Below, one piece after another: positions 31,101 to 44,439 of a stretch of 64,000 bases of DNA (its first letter is position 1; every line of letters begins with the position of its first letter). The notes beneath the pieces are model-generated. The model was not told the origin of the DNA, did no database searches, and saw only the letters and a list, made by a program, of their open reading frames with translations. The stretch covers positions 32,674,001 to 32,738,000 of the forward strand of contig OZ024744.1 of assembly GCA_964016885.1 (NCBI GenBank), given 5' to 3'. The stretch is from Eledone cirrhosa (lineage: Eukaryota). The translations under genes were made by a program, and so were the position numbers.

Positions 31101-31932
31101 AAATCCCTTCATAGTACCTTCTTTGAGAAAACTGAATTCAGAGATCCACAGACATGGAACTGGTCGAAAAGAGGAGACCTTAAAAAGGCTACAAAAGGAA
31201 TGCTAATGGCTGCGCAAGAGCAGGCCCTCAAAACGAAGTGGTTGAAACACCATATTTACAAGGAGGAGGCTAGCCCACTGTGCAGGATCTGTGGAGAGAG
31301 AGAGAGGAGACTGTGGCTCACATTGTATCTGAGTGTAAGCACCTAGCCCAGACTCACTATAAGGGCTGGAGACATGATGTGATGGGCAGGGTGATCCACT
31401 GGCACCTATGCAAAGTAAACAATTTACCACATTCTGAGAAGTGGTATGAGCATAAGCCAGAGTCGGTGATAGAGAACGATCAGGTGAAGGTGCTGTGGGA
31501 TTTTAGGATACAGACGGATAAGACACTGGAACACAATAGACCTGACCTGGTGGTTTTGGACAAAGAAAAAAGATCGTGCCTGATTGTGGATGTGGCCTGC
31601 CCATTTGACACGAGAGTGCAAGAGAAGGAGAGGGAGAAAATTAACCGATACCAGGACTTAAAGTGGGAGTTAAAAAGGATTTGGAACTGCCATGAAGTCA
31701 AAGTGGTCCCGATTGTCATAGGCGCACTAGGTACTATCTCAAAAAGTTTCCTGGGATGGTTAAAGAAAATTGGCCCCTTCACGCTTTTTGGAACGCTTCA
31801 AAAGGCATGCTTGCTGGGGAACAGCAAGAACCCTCCGATACGTCCTGAATATCTGAGGCTGCAGGTAGTGGCTTGATATTCATTTCAACAAACTTTCCAG
31901 TTAACTAACATGAATGACTGAGACTCAAAGAA
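28180..31932 (+). mobile_element. Near-full-length R4/Dong-clade element (family B), frameshifted, with SINE insertion
   Basis: ORF pieces 28274-28489, 28471-28715, 28904-30652 (RT: QGDSLSP, FMDD), 30606-31346, 31280-31850 (CCHC, RHD, RPDLV..DVACP..KINRYQDL); ends in (AAT)n. Confidence 0.92.
28720..28903 (-). mobile_element. Nin-domain SINE inserted in the R4 family B ORF, with 18-bp TSD
   Basis: AATGCTGAAA(T/C)AAATAAT at 28702-28719 and 28904-28921. Confidence 0.92.
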
Positions 31933-31949
31933 CAATAATAATAATAATA

Positions 31950-32130
31950 ATTGTTTCTACTTTTGGCACAAGGCCAGCAATTACCCAGTGTATTACTGGT
32001 ACTTTATTTTATCGACCCCGTAAGGATGAAAGGCAAAGTTAACCTTTGCGGGATTTGAACTCAGAATGACAAGGGCCGTAACTCTATGCGTCAAACCATG
32101 GCGTCCGACCCTCTACCGATACTGCCAATC
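31950..32130 (-). mobile_element. Nin-domain SINE inside an (AAT)n tract
   Basis: Full-length family match with AAT repeats on both sides. Confidence 0.92.
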
Positions 32131-32429
32131 CAATAATAATAATAATAATAATAATAATGTTTTCTTTATTAACCACAAGGGTTTACATAAAGTAGACATT
32201 AAGGACAGTACAGGACAATACAGGACGGTACGAATGGGCATGTCTGCGTGTAAAAAAACAGAGGATGAAATAAGATAACAAAGAAAAAAAAAAAAAAAAA
32301 AAAAAAAATTCCCCAATACGGGGGAGGCTTCCGAGGGACATTTGTGGAGAAAGCCCATTAAAAGACAGACCACAGTGGCCCTGACCACCAGGGCAAGTGC
32401 CCTCTCCCAGTTTACCACCTTTAATTTGC

Positions 32430-35400
32430 AGACACATACTCAGAGAAGGCCCATTCATTCGGGCCATACTTGCTTCTCTCACCCATCTTTCAACAAAATG
32501 CTGGGAAGAGAGCACTTCCCTCTCTACCCTGATTTTCCTTTTCAGATGAAATTTAAAAAAGTTAATCAGGGCATCACCGAAGAGGTAAGTGCTCGTCTTC
32601 AGCCCTTTCAAACGTGTCCACCATACTATCTCTTTCGCCATGGCCACCAGACAGATAAAAACTGCCTACCCTTCGCGGCTAAAGGAAGAGGGCGGGGCAA
32701 TCCTCACGATGGACTCAGCTGATAGCTGGATCCGTCCTATACGTGCCAGCAGGTGTTCGACATAAACCCACAAGTCAGCAATGCTCGGACACTGGACGAG
32801 TGCGTGCAGGACGGTTTCGTCGCCCTGTGCGCATCTCGGACATGCCCGGCTGACGGCACCTCCATGCCTGTAAAGTTTATCCCGAACTGGCAAAGCACCC
32901 CGGTAGCACTGCCAGGCCAGGGATTTCTGGAAGTTGTCCATAGGCCCCGGCCCGAAAGTCCTTCCGAAGAGATTGGCTAGTTGATTTTCGTCGACGCCTA
33001 GAGTTTCTCCAAGTACGTCGTCGCTCTTCTCCTCCACTAATCCCCTATAGAACGCCAAGGTGGAGTTTCCACCGATCACATTGCCCGATTGGTCGAGGGC
33101 TGTGAGCGCCTGAAGACATTCCAGTTTCCAAGCGCTCCCTCTCGGTCTTTGCTTGACCCAGGACTGCAGCTCCGTCAAGGAGACGAGCTGGGGAAAAACG
33201 TGTCAAGCAAACGGCGACCAGACCTGATCACCGTCGAGGAAGAGGTGGAGATGTCGTAGCCTGAGCGCGTGTCTGCGCATCATCAGCCACGGCATGCCCA
33301 GCCCTCCACGTAGCGGGTGTTGACAGCAGATGTACCGCCTGACCATCGGAGCGCGTCCCTTCCACAAGAAGCGAAAGAGCAAACGCTCCAGCGCAGTCAG
33401 GCGGGGCTTAGGACAAGGTACGACGGTCAGGCGGTAATAGATGACGGACGCGATGTACGCGTTAGCCACCTCCGCTCGACCTTTCAGGGATAGCTTCCTC
33501 TCGGCCCATTTCTGGGTGAGAGAAGCCACCCTGCTCGTCACCTCGTCCCAGTTTTTGTCCGTCTGGAGGTCTGGACCGAACCAGACCCCTAGCAATTTAA
33601 CCGGTCCGTCCGTCCAGCGCCCGACGATGCTGTTGGACGGCATGGACCTTCCTCTCCAGGTGCCGAGCTGCAGGCCCACTGACTTTTCCTGGTTGATCAT
33701 TGCTCCTGTCACCGCTTCGTATTCTCTTAGTGTAGTGCCGATCGCCTCGATGTGTTTGGCGTTCGACACCACTACGGTGACATCGTCGGCATATGCTGAC
33801 ACGGATCTTCCGCATCCTAGTTCGCGCGGGACCCCCCTCAACGTCTCCAGTTTGTGCAGTAATGGCTCGAGAGTCAATACGTACAATAGGGACGAGAGGG
33901 GACATCCTTGGCGGACCGAGCGCATGATGTTGAACGGTTCCGAAAGGTGACCGTTCACTCTCACTACAGAGCAGATGTCGCTGTGCATGGCAGCGATCCA
34001 GCCTCTGAAGACGGGCCCAAAGCCAGCCGCCCTCAGGACTGCCGCTAGGTAACGATGGTCGACCCTATCGAAGGCTTTCGACTGATCTAAATTGATCAAA
34101 GACCCACCCGTGCCAGGTTCCCTAGCTACCCTCTCTACGATGTATCGCATGAGGTGGAGGTTGTCGTGGATGGATCTGTCGGGAATAGCGCATGTCTGTG
34201 CCTCTCCCACCAGACCACCAACGACAAGCGCCAACCTCTTTGCTAGCACCTTGGCCAAAATCTTGAACTCTGTGTTTAGCAGTGTTATGGGCCTAAAATT
34301 ATCTATGTTATCCCCTTGTTCGGATCCTTTCTCAGCAGCGCCACCGCTCCTCGGCTCACAGAGCTGGGAATTCTCCCGTTCTGTTGCCAGTTGCAGTAGA
34401 CGTCCGCCAAGAGGCCTCCGAACAAGTTTGGCATTTGTACGTAAAGTTCATAGGGCAGACCATCCAAACCAGGCGATTTACCCCTTGTGCAACTAGTCAT
34501 TGCATCCCGTACTTCAGCGGTTGTTATCGGCTTTTCGCAACACTCCGCCTCAGTGGCCGAAAGCCGCGGCAGTCCGTCGAGGTAGACACTAAAGTCCATC
34601 CCTCGATCCGGCCCGCCACTGCCCCCGAACAGTTGAGCGAAGTGTCGCTGAAAAGCTTCACACATTTGCCCGGGATCGAGTAGCATGCGCCCGTCGTGGT
34701 CCACCAAAGACCGGATCGTGGCTTTGTTGCCACGACGCGCCTCCGCCACTCGGGCCCATTGAACGGCTTTCGTCCCCTCGTGTCTGAAAGCACGCACCCT
34801 AGCTCTGACAACGCAGCCTTCGTGCTTTGCATTGAAGAATTGGTCAAGGGCCAATTTCGCCGCAAGTACAACGGTCGCGATGCCTTTGCTAAGCGCCTCA
34901 TCTAATTTTCTAACTAATTCTCCCTCTGCTCTATTTTTCTCTATTGCTAAAGTCTTACTAAACCTAATGGACTCTATTCTAATAGCTCTTTTCAGAGCAA
35001 ACCACCACTTGTTGTTGACGATGGCCCCCGTCAACGCCCGCTTAACTAGTTCGCTAATCCGGTCTCTGTAGGCCTTGTGCGCTGGTAAGGACGCGTTTAG
35101 CTTCCAGTAGCCGGGTCCTCGTCTATGAAGCCTATCTAAGTCAAGCACACAGATCACGAATTTGTGGTCCGTGTAGCTAACTATCTTGAATTGTGGACAG
35201 CCTATGCTAGACCTATCTATTTCCCTACAAAATACTCTATCTAGATATGATCTGGATGACCCTATGCGATTTGTCCAAGTCCACATTGGTACATTCGGGA
35301 AATCCATTCGGTACCTGTCAGACAGTTCAAAATGTCTGAGCAGGTTGGTGAGACTCTTGCACCCTCCTTCCCTATCCACTAATCCCACACAATCCCAGCG

Positions 35401-35844
35401 TGCATCTAAGATCCCGTTCCAGTCGCCCACTAACACTAAAGAGCGGGACGTTCCAAGAAAGGTCTCAAGACGCCGGAAGAAATCAGGCCGCCCTGCTCCT
35501 GTCGGGGCATAGACGGCCACTAACCTGAAAGCTTGCCCGTCTCCGCTGGTCACGTCCAGCACCACCAACTTACCTTCTGGGTCCAGGAAGATGGCCCGTA
35601 TGGCAAGATCCAAACCTCTCCGAAAAAGCACAGCAACTCCTCCCTCCGATCCTGGACGGCTGGGAGATGCGTACACATCGTAGCCGCCGAAGATCGGTGC
35701 GAAAGCCTGTGCTTCGGAGATTATGGTCTCGCTGATGGCCACTACATCTATGTTTAGTGACCTGAGGTCGTTGAGCAGGTGGCCCTGCTTCCATGACGAC
35801 CCCAAGCCACGCGCATTTATGCTGCCTATTCTGAGTGAGGTCAT
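32430..35844 (-). pseudogene. Tx1 ORF2 (APE endonuclease + RT + zinc-binding domain), split by ~3 frameshifts
   Basis: SINARGL, SET, VYAP, GDWN, SYLDRVF, TDH (APE); KSPGLDGLPYE, LDQSKAFDRVDH, VRQGCPLS, AYADD (RT); CPRC...ETVLHALVQC. Pieces 34303-35844, 33203-34258, 32666-33178, 32430-32647. Confidence 0.92.
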
Positions 35845-35878
35845 GTTGAAAAGGAGTGGAAAAGATGGGAAAGACCAC

Positions 35879-37794
35879 TTACCTTACTTCTCGTAGGGGA
35901 AGGACGGTTTTTCCATCATTTTCACTGCTTGTGGCCTCCTCCGGAAGGATGTCCTTATAAATCCTCCTGGAGAGTGCTTGTCGGAAGTCTCCGATGTCTT
36001 TGGGGAATTTTTGTTTTAGTGTCATGTACGTTTTCTGTGTGATGCGAGTGATTTGTATGTGTGGAGGTGGTGTGAATTTTGGGGTTGTTGTGTAGTCTTT
36101 TTCTGTGATGCTGGTGTTGTGTTGGATGTAGTGTAATAATTGCTTGTTGTTCAAATTTAATGCTGTGTAGTGTGTATCGTTTTGCTTGTTTTGTTTTGTT
36201 TGCGTTTGTTGTGGGTTTGTTTCTGTTTCGCATTTTGGTGACTTTTGTGGTATAGGTGATGATGGTGTTGGGGTTAATGATGGTGATGGTGTTGGTGTTT
36301 GGGTTGATGGGGCTGGTGATGCTGGTGTGGATGGTGGCATATCTGTCCTAACTTTTTTGTTTGTTAATTTATTTGTTTCCTTCTGTATTTTGTTTTTGGA
36401 GGGGGAAGGAAGAGAATTTTTTCTATTTTGGTTTCTTTTTTTTTTTTCTGGATATCGTTTCCCACTCCTCGTCGTCACAATCTGTCTCCAGTTGTGATAG
36501 GCCGGGGAGTGGAAAATCCTCCACAGCCGTTAGTTTTGGTTGTGGCGTGGTGGATGGTGTAGGCGCTGGTGCTAGTTCTGAAGCGTTGGGTGGTGGTGTT
36601 GTTGGTTTTGCTGGTGGTGGTGGTGGTGTTGGTTTTGCTACTGTTGCTGGGGTTGTTGCTGTTATAGTTGCTTCTGTTGTTGCTGCTACAGTTGTTGCTG
36701 CCATCTCTGCTACTGGTGGTGTTGATGGTTGTGTCACTGGGGTGGGTAGGAGAGGTGGCCTCAACCTTTTAGCCTGAGGGCAGAAAGCCCTTAGGTGGGT
36801 TCCTTCACCACAAACGACACACCTAGGTCTTCTGCCCTCGACAATTACCGTGAGGTGGCTGCCGTCAGTGAGGTCTATTACCTCTGGGATCTCCTCAATG
36901 CTTTTTTGGTCCGCTTGGATCAGGAGCTCCATCCCAGATCCGGACCAGTTCTCCTGCTTTTCTTTTGCTATTGCTATTATTTTCGTGTTGGCTTCGATGC
37001 CGGCGAGGACGGCCGCTATTAGCCAGGGAATTTCGATGGCCGGTGGAACGTGGGTCACCCTGATCTTTACGAGTCTCTGGCCACAATAGCTTGGGACGAG
37101 TGTGAAGTCGTCACTTTTTAATGGGGCCATGGAGTGTTCTCTAGCCTCCTCTGGTGTTTCAAAGAACACGTCCACGGTTCCATACTTTTGCCCACGTCTG
37201 ATGTGGGTTTTTCTTGCCCACACATGTCCCAAAGCTTTTTGGATTTGGGACTCGGATGCCCGTTCCACTCGGCGCGATTTTACATTTATTGTTCTATACG
37301 ACACGGTGCATAGGCGCCGATGCTCCATTTTATTAGGTGGAGGGGGAGGCTGACCCTGTACCCATCTTTCTTTACCATTTGTTTGGCATTTTCTAAATCC
37401 TCCTGAGTTACCGTAAATGCTTCGAACTGTTTTGCTACTCTGGCGAAACTGAGGGTCGGTTTTATAATGTCATTGTTGTTGTTCTTGCTATCGTTATTTG
37501 TGTTAATATTAATTTTAGTTTCACTTGTGGTGGTGGTGACGTCAGTCGTCTTTGGTGGGGAAGACTCCATTTTGCTTGATTTTATTTCGACATCACCAGT
37601 TAATTTATTTTTTTCTTCTTTTGTTTCTGTTGTCGCGGTGGTGGTGGGGGGGGGGGGGTTGTCGCGTTGGTGGTGGTGGTGGAGTCTTTAACACCTGCAG
37701 TCATTGGTAATGGCGGGAAATGAATGTCTGCCTGAGACAAATTTAAAATATTGCTACTGCTTATATTTTTTTGTGTTGGCAAACGTAGTAACAT
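35879..37794 (-). pseudogene. Tx1 ORF1 (RRM-like region, CCHC knuckle, Pro/Thr-rich linker), frameshifted
   Basis: Pieces 37600-37794, 37286-37570, 36423-37328 (VEGRRPRCVVCGEGTHLRAFCP), 35879-36478; lies immediately upstream of ORF2. Confidence 0.85.
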
Positions 37795-38080
37795 TTACAA
37801 TGGTGGTGTCGGTGTGAGGTGTTAGTTTGTGAGGAAGGCTTTCAGCTGCTTGGTGCAGAGGTGAATTAGCCATTTTTTTCAAAGAAATTTTTGATAATAA
37901 TAAAAGTTTAAATTTTGGGCACAAGGCCCCAATCTTTTTGGGTGTCCTTTTCGGAAAACAATGTATGTGCGCTTATATATGGTTAACAATAAAAATTTTC
38001 CATGAATGGCAATTTTTAACAAACGGAAATAACAAACCTTTCCGGAGCTCACGATGATACGATTTACTACGTAGGTCGCC

Positions 38081-38119
<39 letters not shown>

Positions 38120-38120
<1 letters not shown>

Positions 38121-41100
38121 GTTTCTTTATTGGCCACAAGGGCTGACACGAAGGAAAACATTAGAGACGGCACAGAACGGTACAGGACGGTCCGATGTGG
38201 GGTTTGGTCGTGTAGACATGTTATAACAAAATTGGGCTAGAAATAAAAAAAAATTCAAACAACAAAATTCGCCAAGAAGGGGGGAAACATCCGAGGGTCA
38301 CTCGTGGTGAAAACCACACAAAAGACCACGGCCACCCTGACCACCTGGCCTGTGCGCCCTCTCTCACTTTTCCCACTCCTCAGTCTACAGGCGTATATTC
38401 AGAGCGGGCCCGTTCACTCGGACCAGACTCGCCACTTTCACCCACCTTTCATCAAACTTACTAGAAGACAGCACTTGTCTCTCCACCCTGATTTTCCTCT
38501 TCAAGTGAAACTTGAAAAAGTTAATCAGGGATTGGCCGGAGAGGAAAGTGTCCGTCTTTAACCCTTTCAACCTTATCCACCACACAATCTAGTTCGCCAT
38601 GACCACCAGGCAGATGAAAACTGCCTGCTCTTCCTCCTCCTTAAAGGAGGATGGCGGAGCTATCTGCACAATGGACTCACTCGATAACCGGATCAGTCCC
38701 ACACGCGACAGCAACTGTTCGACATAGCTCCACAAGTCAGCAATCCTCGGACACTGAACGAGTGCGTGCAGGACGGTTCCGTTGCACTGCGCGTATCTCG
38801 TACAAGTTCGGCTGACAGCACCTCCGTACCTGTAGAGCTTATCCCGAACCGGGAACGCTCCTCGGTAGCACTGCCAGGCCAGGGATTTCTGGAAGTTGTC
38901 CATAGGCCCCGGTCTGAAAGTTCTCTTGAAGAGAGCGAACAGCTGATCGTCTTTGACGCCCAGGGTCTCCCCGAGAACGTCGTCGCACTTTCCCCCCACT
39001 AGCCCGCTATAGAACGCCGAGGTGGATGTTCCACCGATACTAGTGCCCAGTTGGTAGAAGTCGGTGAGCGCTTGGAGACATTCCAGCTTCCAAGCGCTAT
39101 CCCTTGGTCTTTTCCTGATCAAAGACTGCAGCTCCGTCAAGGAGACGAGCTTGGGAAAAGCACGTCTGGCAAACGGCGACCACACCTGTTCACCGTCAAG
39201 GAAGCACCAGAGATGTCACAGCCTCAGAGCGAGTTTGCGCATCAACAGCCACGGAATACCTAGTCCTCCACGCAACGGGTGTTGACAGCAAATGGATCGT
39301 CTGACCATGGGAGCACGTACTTCCATAAAAAGCGGAAGAGAAGGTGCTCCATTTTGGTCAGAGTTGGGTGGGGGAAGGTACGACGGTGAGGCGGTAGCAT
39401 ATGACGGACGTTATGTACGTATTCGCCACCTCCGCCCGACCTTTCAGAGACAGGCTCCTTTCGGCCCATTTCTGGGTGAGAGAGGCCACCCTGCACATCA
39501 CCTCGCTCTAGATTTTCTCCATCTGGAGATCCGGACCGAACCAGATCCTGAGCAATTTAACCGGTCCTTCCGCCCAGCGCCCCACGACGCTGTCGGACGG
39601 CATTGACATGCCTCTCCAGGTCCCGAGTTGCAAGCCCGCCGACTTCTCCTGGTTTATATTTGCTCCTGTCACCGCTTCGTATTCCTTGAGAGCGGTGCCG
39701 AACATCTGGATGTTTTTGGTGCTCGACACCACCACGGTGATGTCGTCGGCATAAGCTGACACGGATCTCCCGCATCCTAGTTCGCGTGGGACACCCCTCA
39801 TCGTCTAAAATTTGTGTAGTAACGGCTCTAGGGCCAGTACGTACAAGAGGGACGAGAGGGTGCCAGCCTGGCGGACCGAGCGCATGATGCTGAAAGGCTG
39901 CGACAGGTGACCATTCACCCTCACAATCGAGCATATGTCACTGTGCATCGCAGCGATCCAGCCCCTGAAAACGGGCCCGAAGTCGGCCGCCTCGAGGACC
40001 GCCGCCAGGTACCGATGGTCGACCCTATCAAATGCTTTAGATTGATCCAAGTTGATCAGGGCCCCACCCTTGCCAGATTCCTTAACCACCCTCTCTATGA
40101 TGTATCGCATGAGATGGAGGTTGTCATGGATGGATCTGTCCGGGATGGCGCATGTCTGCGCCTCTCCCGCCAAATCACCGACGACAAGCACCAATCTCCT
40201 TGCTAACACCTTGGCCAGAAACTTAATCTCTGCGTTTAGCAGGGATTATGGGCCTGAAGTTGTCTATAACGACCCCCTTGTTCGGGTCTTTTCTCAGCAG
40301 CGCCACTGCTCCCCAGCTCACAATACTGGGAATGCTCCCGTTCTGCTGCCAGTTGCAGTAGACATCTGCCAAGAGGTCGCCGAACAAGTCTGGCATATAC
40401 GCATAAAGCTCGTAGGGCAGACCATCCAAACCTGGTGATTTATCCCTAGTGCATTCAGACATCGCTTCCCGTATTTCACCTGCTGTTATCGGCTTTTTGC
40501 AGCACTGCGCTGCGGTCGTCGAGAGCCGCGGCAGTCCGTCGAGGTATGCACTGAAGTCGAAACTCCGATCTGGCCCGCCGCCGCTCCCGAACAATTGAGT
40601 AAAGGGCTGTTCAAAAGCCGCACATCTGCTCGGGTTCGAGCAACATGCGCCCGTTTTGATCAAGCAAAGACCGAATTGTGGACTTGTTGCCAGGTCGCGC
40701 CTCCACCACCCGGGCCCATTGAACGGCTTTCGTTGCCTCGTGTCTTAGAGCACGCGCTCTAACCCTGACAACGCAGCCAGCATGCCTTGCGTTGAAGAAT
40801 TGGTCGAGTGCCAATCTCGCCGCAAGCACGTCGCTTGCGATGCCTGCCCTAATCATCTCTTCTAGCCTTCTAACTAACTCTCCCCCTACTCTATTTTCCT
40901 CTACTATTCATTTGCTAAACCTTATCGATTCTACCCTTCTTAGGGTAAACCACCACCTGTTGTTGACAATCGCACCCCTCAACGAGCACTTAACTAATTC
41001 GCTAATCCGGTCTCTGTAAGCTTCGCGCGCTGGGGACGACGCATTCAGCTTGCAGTAGCTGGGCCCTTGCCTATGGAGTCTATCTAAGTCAACTTCACAG

Positions 41101-43790
41101 ATCACAAATTTATGCTCCGTGTAGTCTACTACTTTAAATTGTGGAAAACCTACACTAGCCTTATCTGTTTCCCTACAGAATACCCTATCTAAATACCATC
41201 TGGATGACCCGATGCGGTTTGCCCATGTCCACATTGGCACATTCGAATAATCCAGTCTATACCTGTCAGACAGTTCAAAACGTCTGAGCAGGTTGTTGAG
41301 GCTTTTGCACCCTCCTGCCCTGTCTTCTAGCCCCACAAAATCGAGCGTGCATCTAAGATACCGTTCCAGTCGCCCACTAACACTAAAGAGCGGGACGTTC
41401 CAAGAAAGGTCTCTAGGCGTCTGTAGAAATCTGACCGTCCTGCCCCTGTTGGGGCGTAGACGGCTACTAGCCTGAAAGCATTTTCTTCGCTGCCGGTCAC
41501 GTCCAGCACCACCGACTTACCATCTGAGTCCAGGAAGATGACTCGTATGGTGAGATCCAAGCCTCTCCGAAAAAGCACGGCAACCCTTCCCCCGATCCTG
41601 GACGGCTGGGAGATGGGTATACATCATAGCCGCCGAAGATCGGTGCGAAGGCTCGTGCTTCGGAGATTCTGATCTCGCTGATGACCACCACATCTATGTA
41701 TAGTGACCTGAGGTCGTTGAGCAGGTGACCCTGCTTCAAGTACAGCCATGTTGGATGAGAAAGGATCACTTACCTTGATAGTGTAGAAACGTCTCTTTCG
41801 CTGGTCATGGGTGTTTCCAACAGGATGTCGGTGTATATCCTCGTGGTAACCGACCCTCTGAAGTCTCCAACTGCGTTGGGGAATTTCAATGATGCTTATG
41901 TTTGTCGGGAGAGTTCTTGGTGTTGGTGGGGTGTAGTAGTTTTTGTCTGTGATGTCTGTGTGCTGCTTTATATATTGTAAGAGTTTTTTATTTGCCATGT
42001 TTATGGCTGCGTACTTTTTGGGGGGAGGGATGATTTTGTTGCTGTTTTCTTGTTGTTGCTGTTGGGTGTGTGTGTTTTGTTTTGTTTGCAATGTTGGTGT
42101 TTTTGGTGATGCTGGTGGTGGTGTGGTTGTTGTTGGTGGTGATGCTTGTGATGATAATGGTGGTGGTGGTGTTGCAAGGCTCCTTGCAGCCTTTACCCCT
42201 CTTTGTCTGCCTTCGCTTTTAAAGGGTGAAGCTAAGTGGTTTTTGGTTTTTGGTTTTTTATAGCAGACCGTTTGCCACTTCCTTCCCGCCTCGCACTCCA
42301 TGTCGGACCCCACGGCAGCCGGGAGGGGCATGAGCGCCACCGCTGTTGGTGGTGGTAGTGGAGCCCGCTCCAGCAATTTTAGCTACAGCGTCTGTTGGTA
42401 TTGCCGCCACTGTTGCCACTGCTTTAGTTGTCCGTGGCCTTGGTATGGGTGCCACGGACGTTGCCCTCCTGCTCACCATGGAAGGGTCTTCTGCCTCTGT
42501 TGCGTGCCCTGCTCTTGGTAGTAGCGGATCAGGCCTCGGAAGGAGGGGGCCCTCTTTTGGGCTGTCTTCTGCGGGCAGAAGGCCCTGAGGTGACCCTTCT
42601 GTCCACAGAGATAACACTTTGGGCGCCTTCCTTCCACGCTTATAGGGAATTGGAGTCCTTCTTCGAGGTCTATGATGTCTGGGATGGCCACGATGCACTC
42701 CTGGTCAGTCTGTATTAGCATTTGCATGCCTATACCTTACCAGTTCTCTCTTCCCATTCTCTTTATTTGCAGTATGGTGGTCTTCTCCTCGATTCCAGCC
42801 AGTACTGACGCGACCAGCCAAGGTATGGGCACGTCGGGTGTGACCTAGGTCACTTTGACCCTCACAATTTTCTGCCCGCAGTAGGAGGGCACCAAGACCA
42901 TCTCCTCACTCTTTAGGGTTTCCAAAGAGTGAGACTTCGCCTCTTGGGGGCTGGCGAAAAGTACGTCTACTGTGGCGTACTTTTTGCCTCGGGTGATGTG
43001 GGTTTTGCGCGCCCTGGCGCGCCCCAAGGCCTTTTGGATTTGAGACTCCGTGGCTCTCTCCACCTGATGAGATATTTTGCTTACGGTGCGGTAAGTCACC
43101 GTGCGTAGCTGTGGTCTTTGAAGAAATCGGGTGGAGGTTTCAGGGAACCTCTATTGTCGTTTCTCGACACCATGGCCCATGCCACTGCCATCTCCTCCTC
43201 CGTGATTAGCACTGTCTCTATATTTTGGGCCACACCTGTGAAAGAAGTGGCCCCTGTTTTCAGCGGTACCATTATTACTGCTGCTATTGGTCTTGTTGTT
43301 GGTGCTGTTACAAACGGTGTTGTTGGTGTTGTTGTTGTTATCACTGTTGCAGTTGGTTGTGTTTTTGGTGCCACCGTTGTTGTTGTTTTCGGTGCAATTT
43401 GTATTGTTGCTGTTGGTGTTGTCGTTGTTTATTTTCTTGTTAGTGGTGTTAATATCGTTGTTGCATTTGTTGTCATTTTTTTCTGTTGTCTGTATTTTGG
43501 TTGTCGCTGTTATTGTTGTAGATGGTGTCGTAATTTTTTCAAAATTACTCTTCTCAGTGTTGTCTTTGTTCACGTTGTTTGTGGTGGTGTTTGTAACCCT
43601 CCTCTCAACGTTTACACCGTTGTCAGACGACAGCAGACATATTGATGGGGGGGGGGGGGGGGATAGCTATGTTTTTTTTTTAAACAAAAATTTTTTAAAG
43701 TAAAATGTTCGAATATTTGGGCTAAAATGCCCAAATATTATACTTTCCCCTCCACAGGGCAAAGTCTAAGGGCTTATATCCCTTACACAA
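38120..43790 (-). mobile_element. Near-full-length Tx1/L1-clade retrotransposon, copy B (related subfamily, more decayed)
   Basis: Colinear fragments: ORF1 (VEGRRPKCYLCGQKGHLRAFCP at 42473-42727), APE (41327-41769), RT (39508-40663, AYADD); 3' end ...cccttgtggccaataaagaaacc followed by (ATT)n. Confidence 0.92.
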
Positions 43791-44240
43791 CAAGAAATAT
43801 TTAACAGCTAATAATTATAACAGGCAAATAAAGCGACTTACTGGGAGCGAGCAAAAAGCGTCCGAACAGACCGATAATAATAATAATAATAACAATGCAC
43901 GTGTGAATGTATATTTATGTATGTGTATGGAGCCCACATAAAGGACAAAACAAAGGGGAAGAAAAAAAAGAATACTAGCTCCCCATTTACACCTCAAACT
44001 CAAAATAGACAAAAAATAACATCGGAGAAGCAACTCCTATAAGCTACAATGTCACCCTACCCACTACCACTCCCAGCACCCCCACCCCCAGCATTAATCT
44101 CCCCACCAACACCACCAACACCACTCACACCACAAGAACAGTTGAGAAAATTCTCGTACATCTCTTACAGCTGCAACCATAACAATATCACCTCAATCAA
44201 CAACAGCAATGACCATAACTATACTGTTATAATAGTAATA

Positions 44241-44421
44241 ATTGTTTCTACTTTAGGCACAAGGCCACCAATTACCCAGTGCATTACTGGTACTTTATTT
44301 TATCGACCCCGTAAGGATGAAAGGCAAAGTCAACCTCGGCAGGATTTGAACTCAGATCGTAAAGGGACGTAACTATGCTGGAAAGCATGGCGTCCGACCC
44401 TCTACCGATACTGCCAATCCA
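44241..44421 (-). mobile_element. Nin-domain SINE, full length
   Basis: Family match with taataat flanks. Confidence 0.92.
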
Positions 44422-44439
44422 TCGCCCTTGTAATAATGA

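Larger units (their letters stand above)
32159..37870 (-). mobile_element. Near-full-length Tx1/L1-clade retrotransposon, copy A
   Basis: ORF1 with CCHC knuckle plus ORF2 APE-RT-zinc motif; 3' end ...cccttgtggttaataaagaaaac followed by (ATT)n. Confidence 0.93.

Noticed and set aside
33441-43703. Plus-strand ORFs overlapping the Tx1 elements, and minus-strand ORFs over the R4 elements
   Set aside because: Antisense shadows of retrotransposon coding sequence with no independent motifs.
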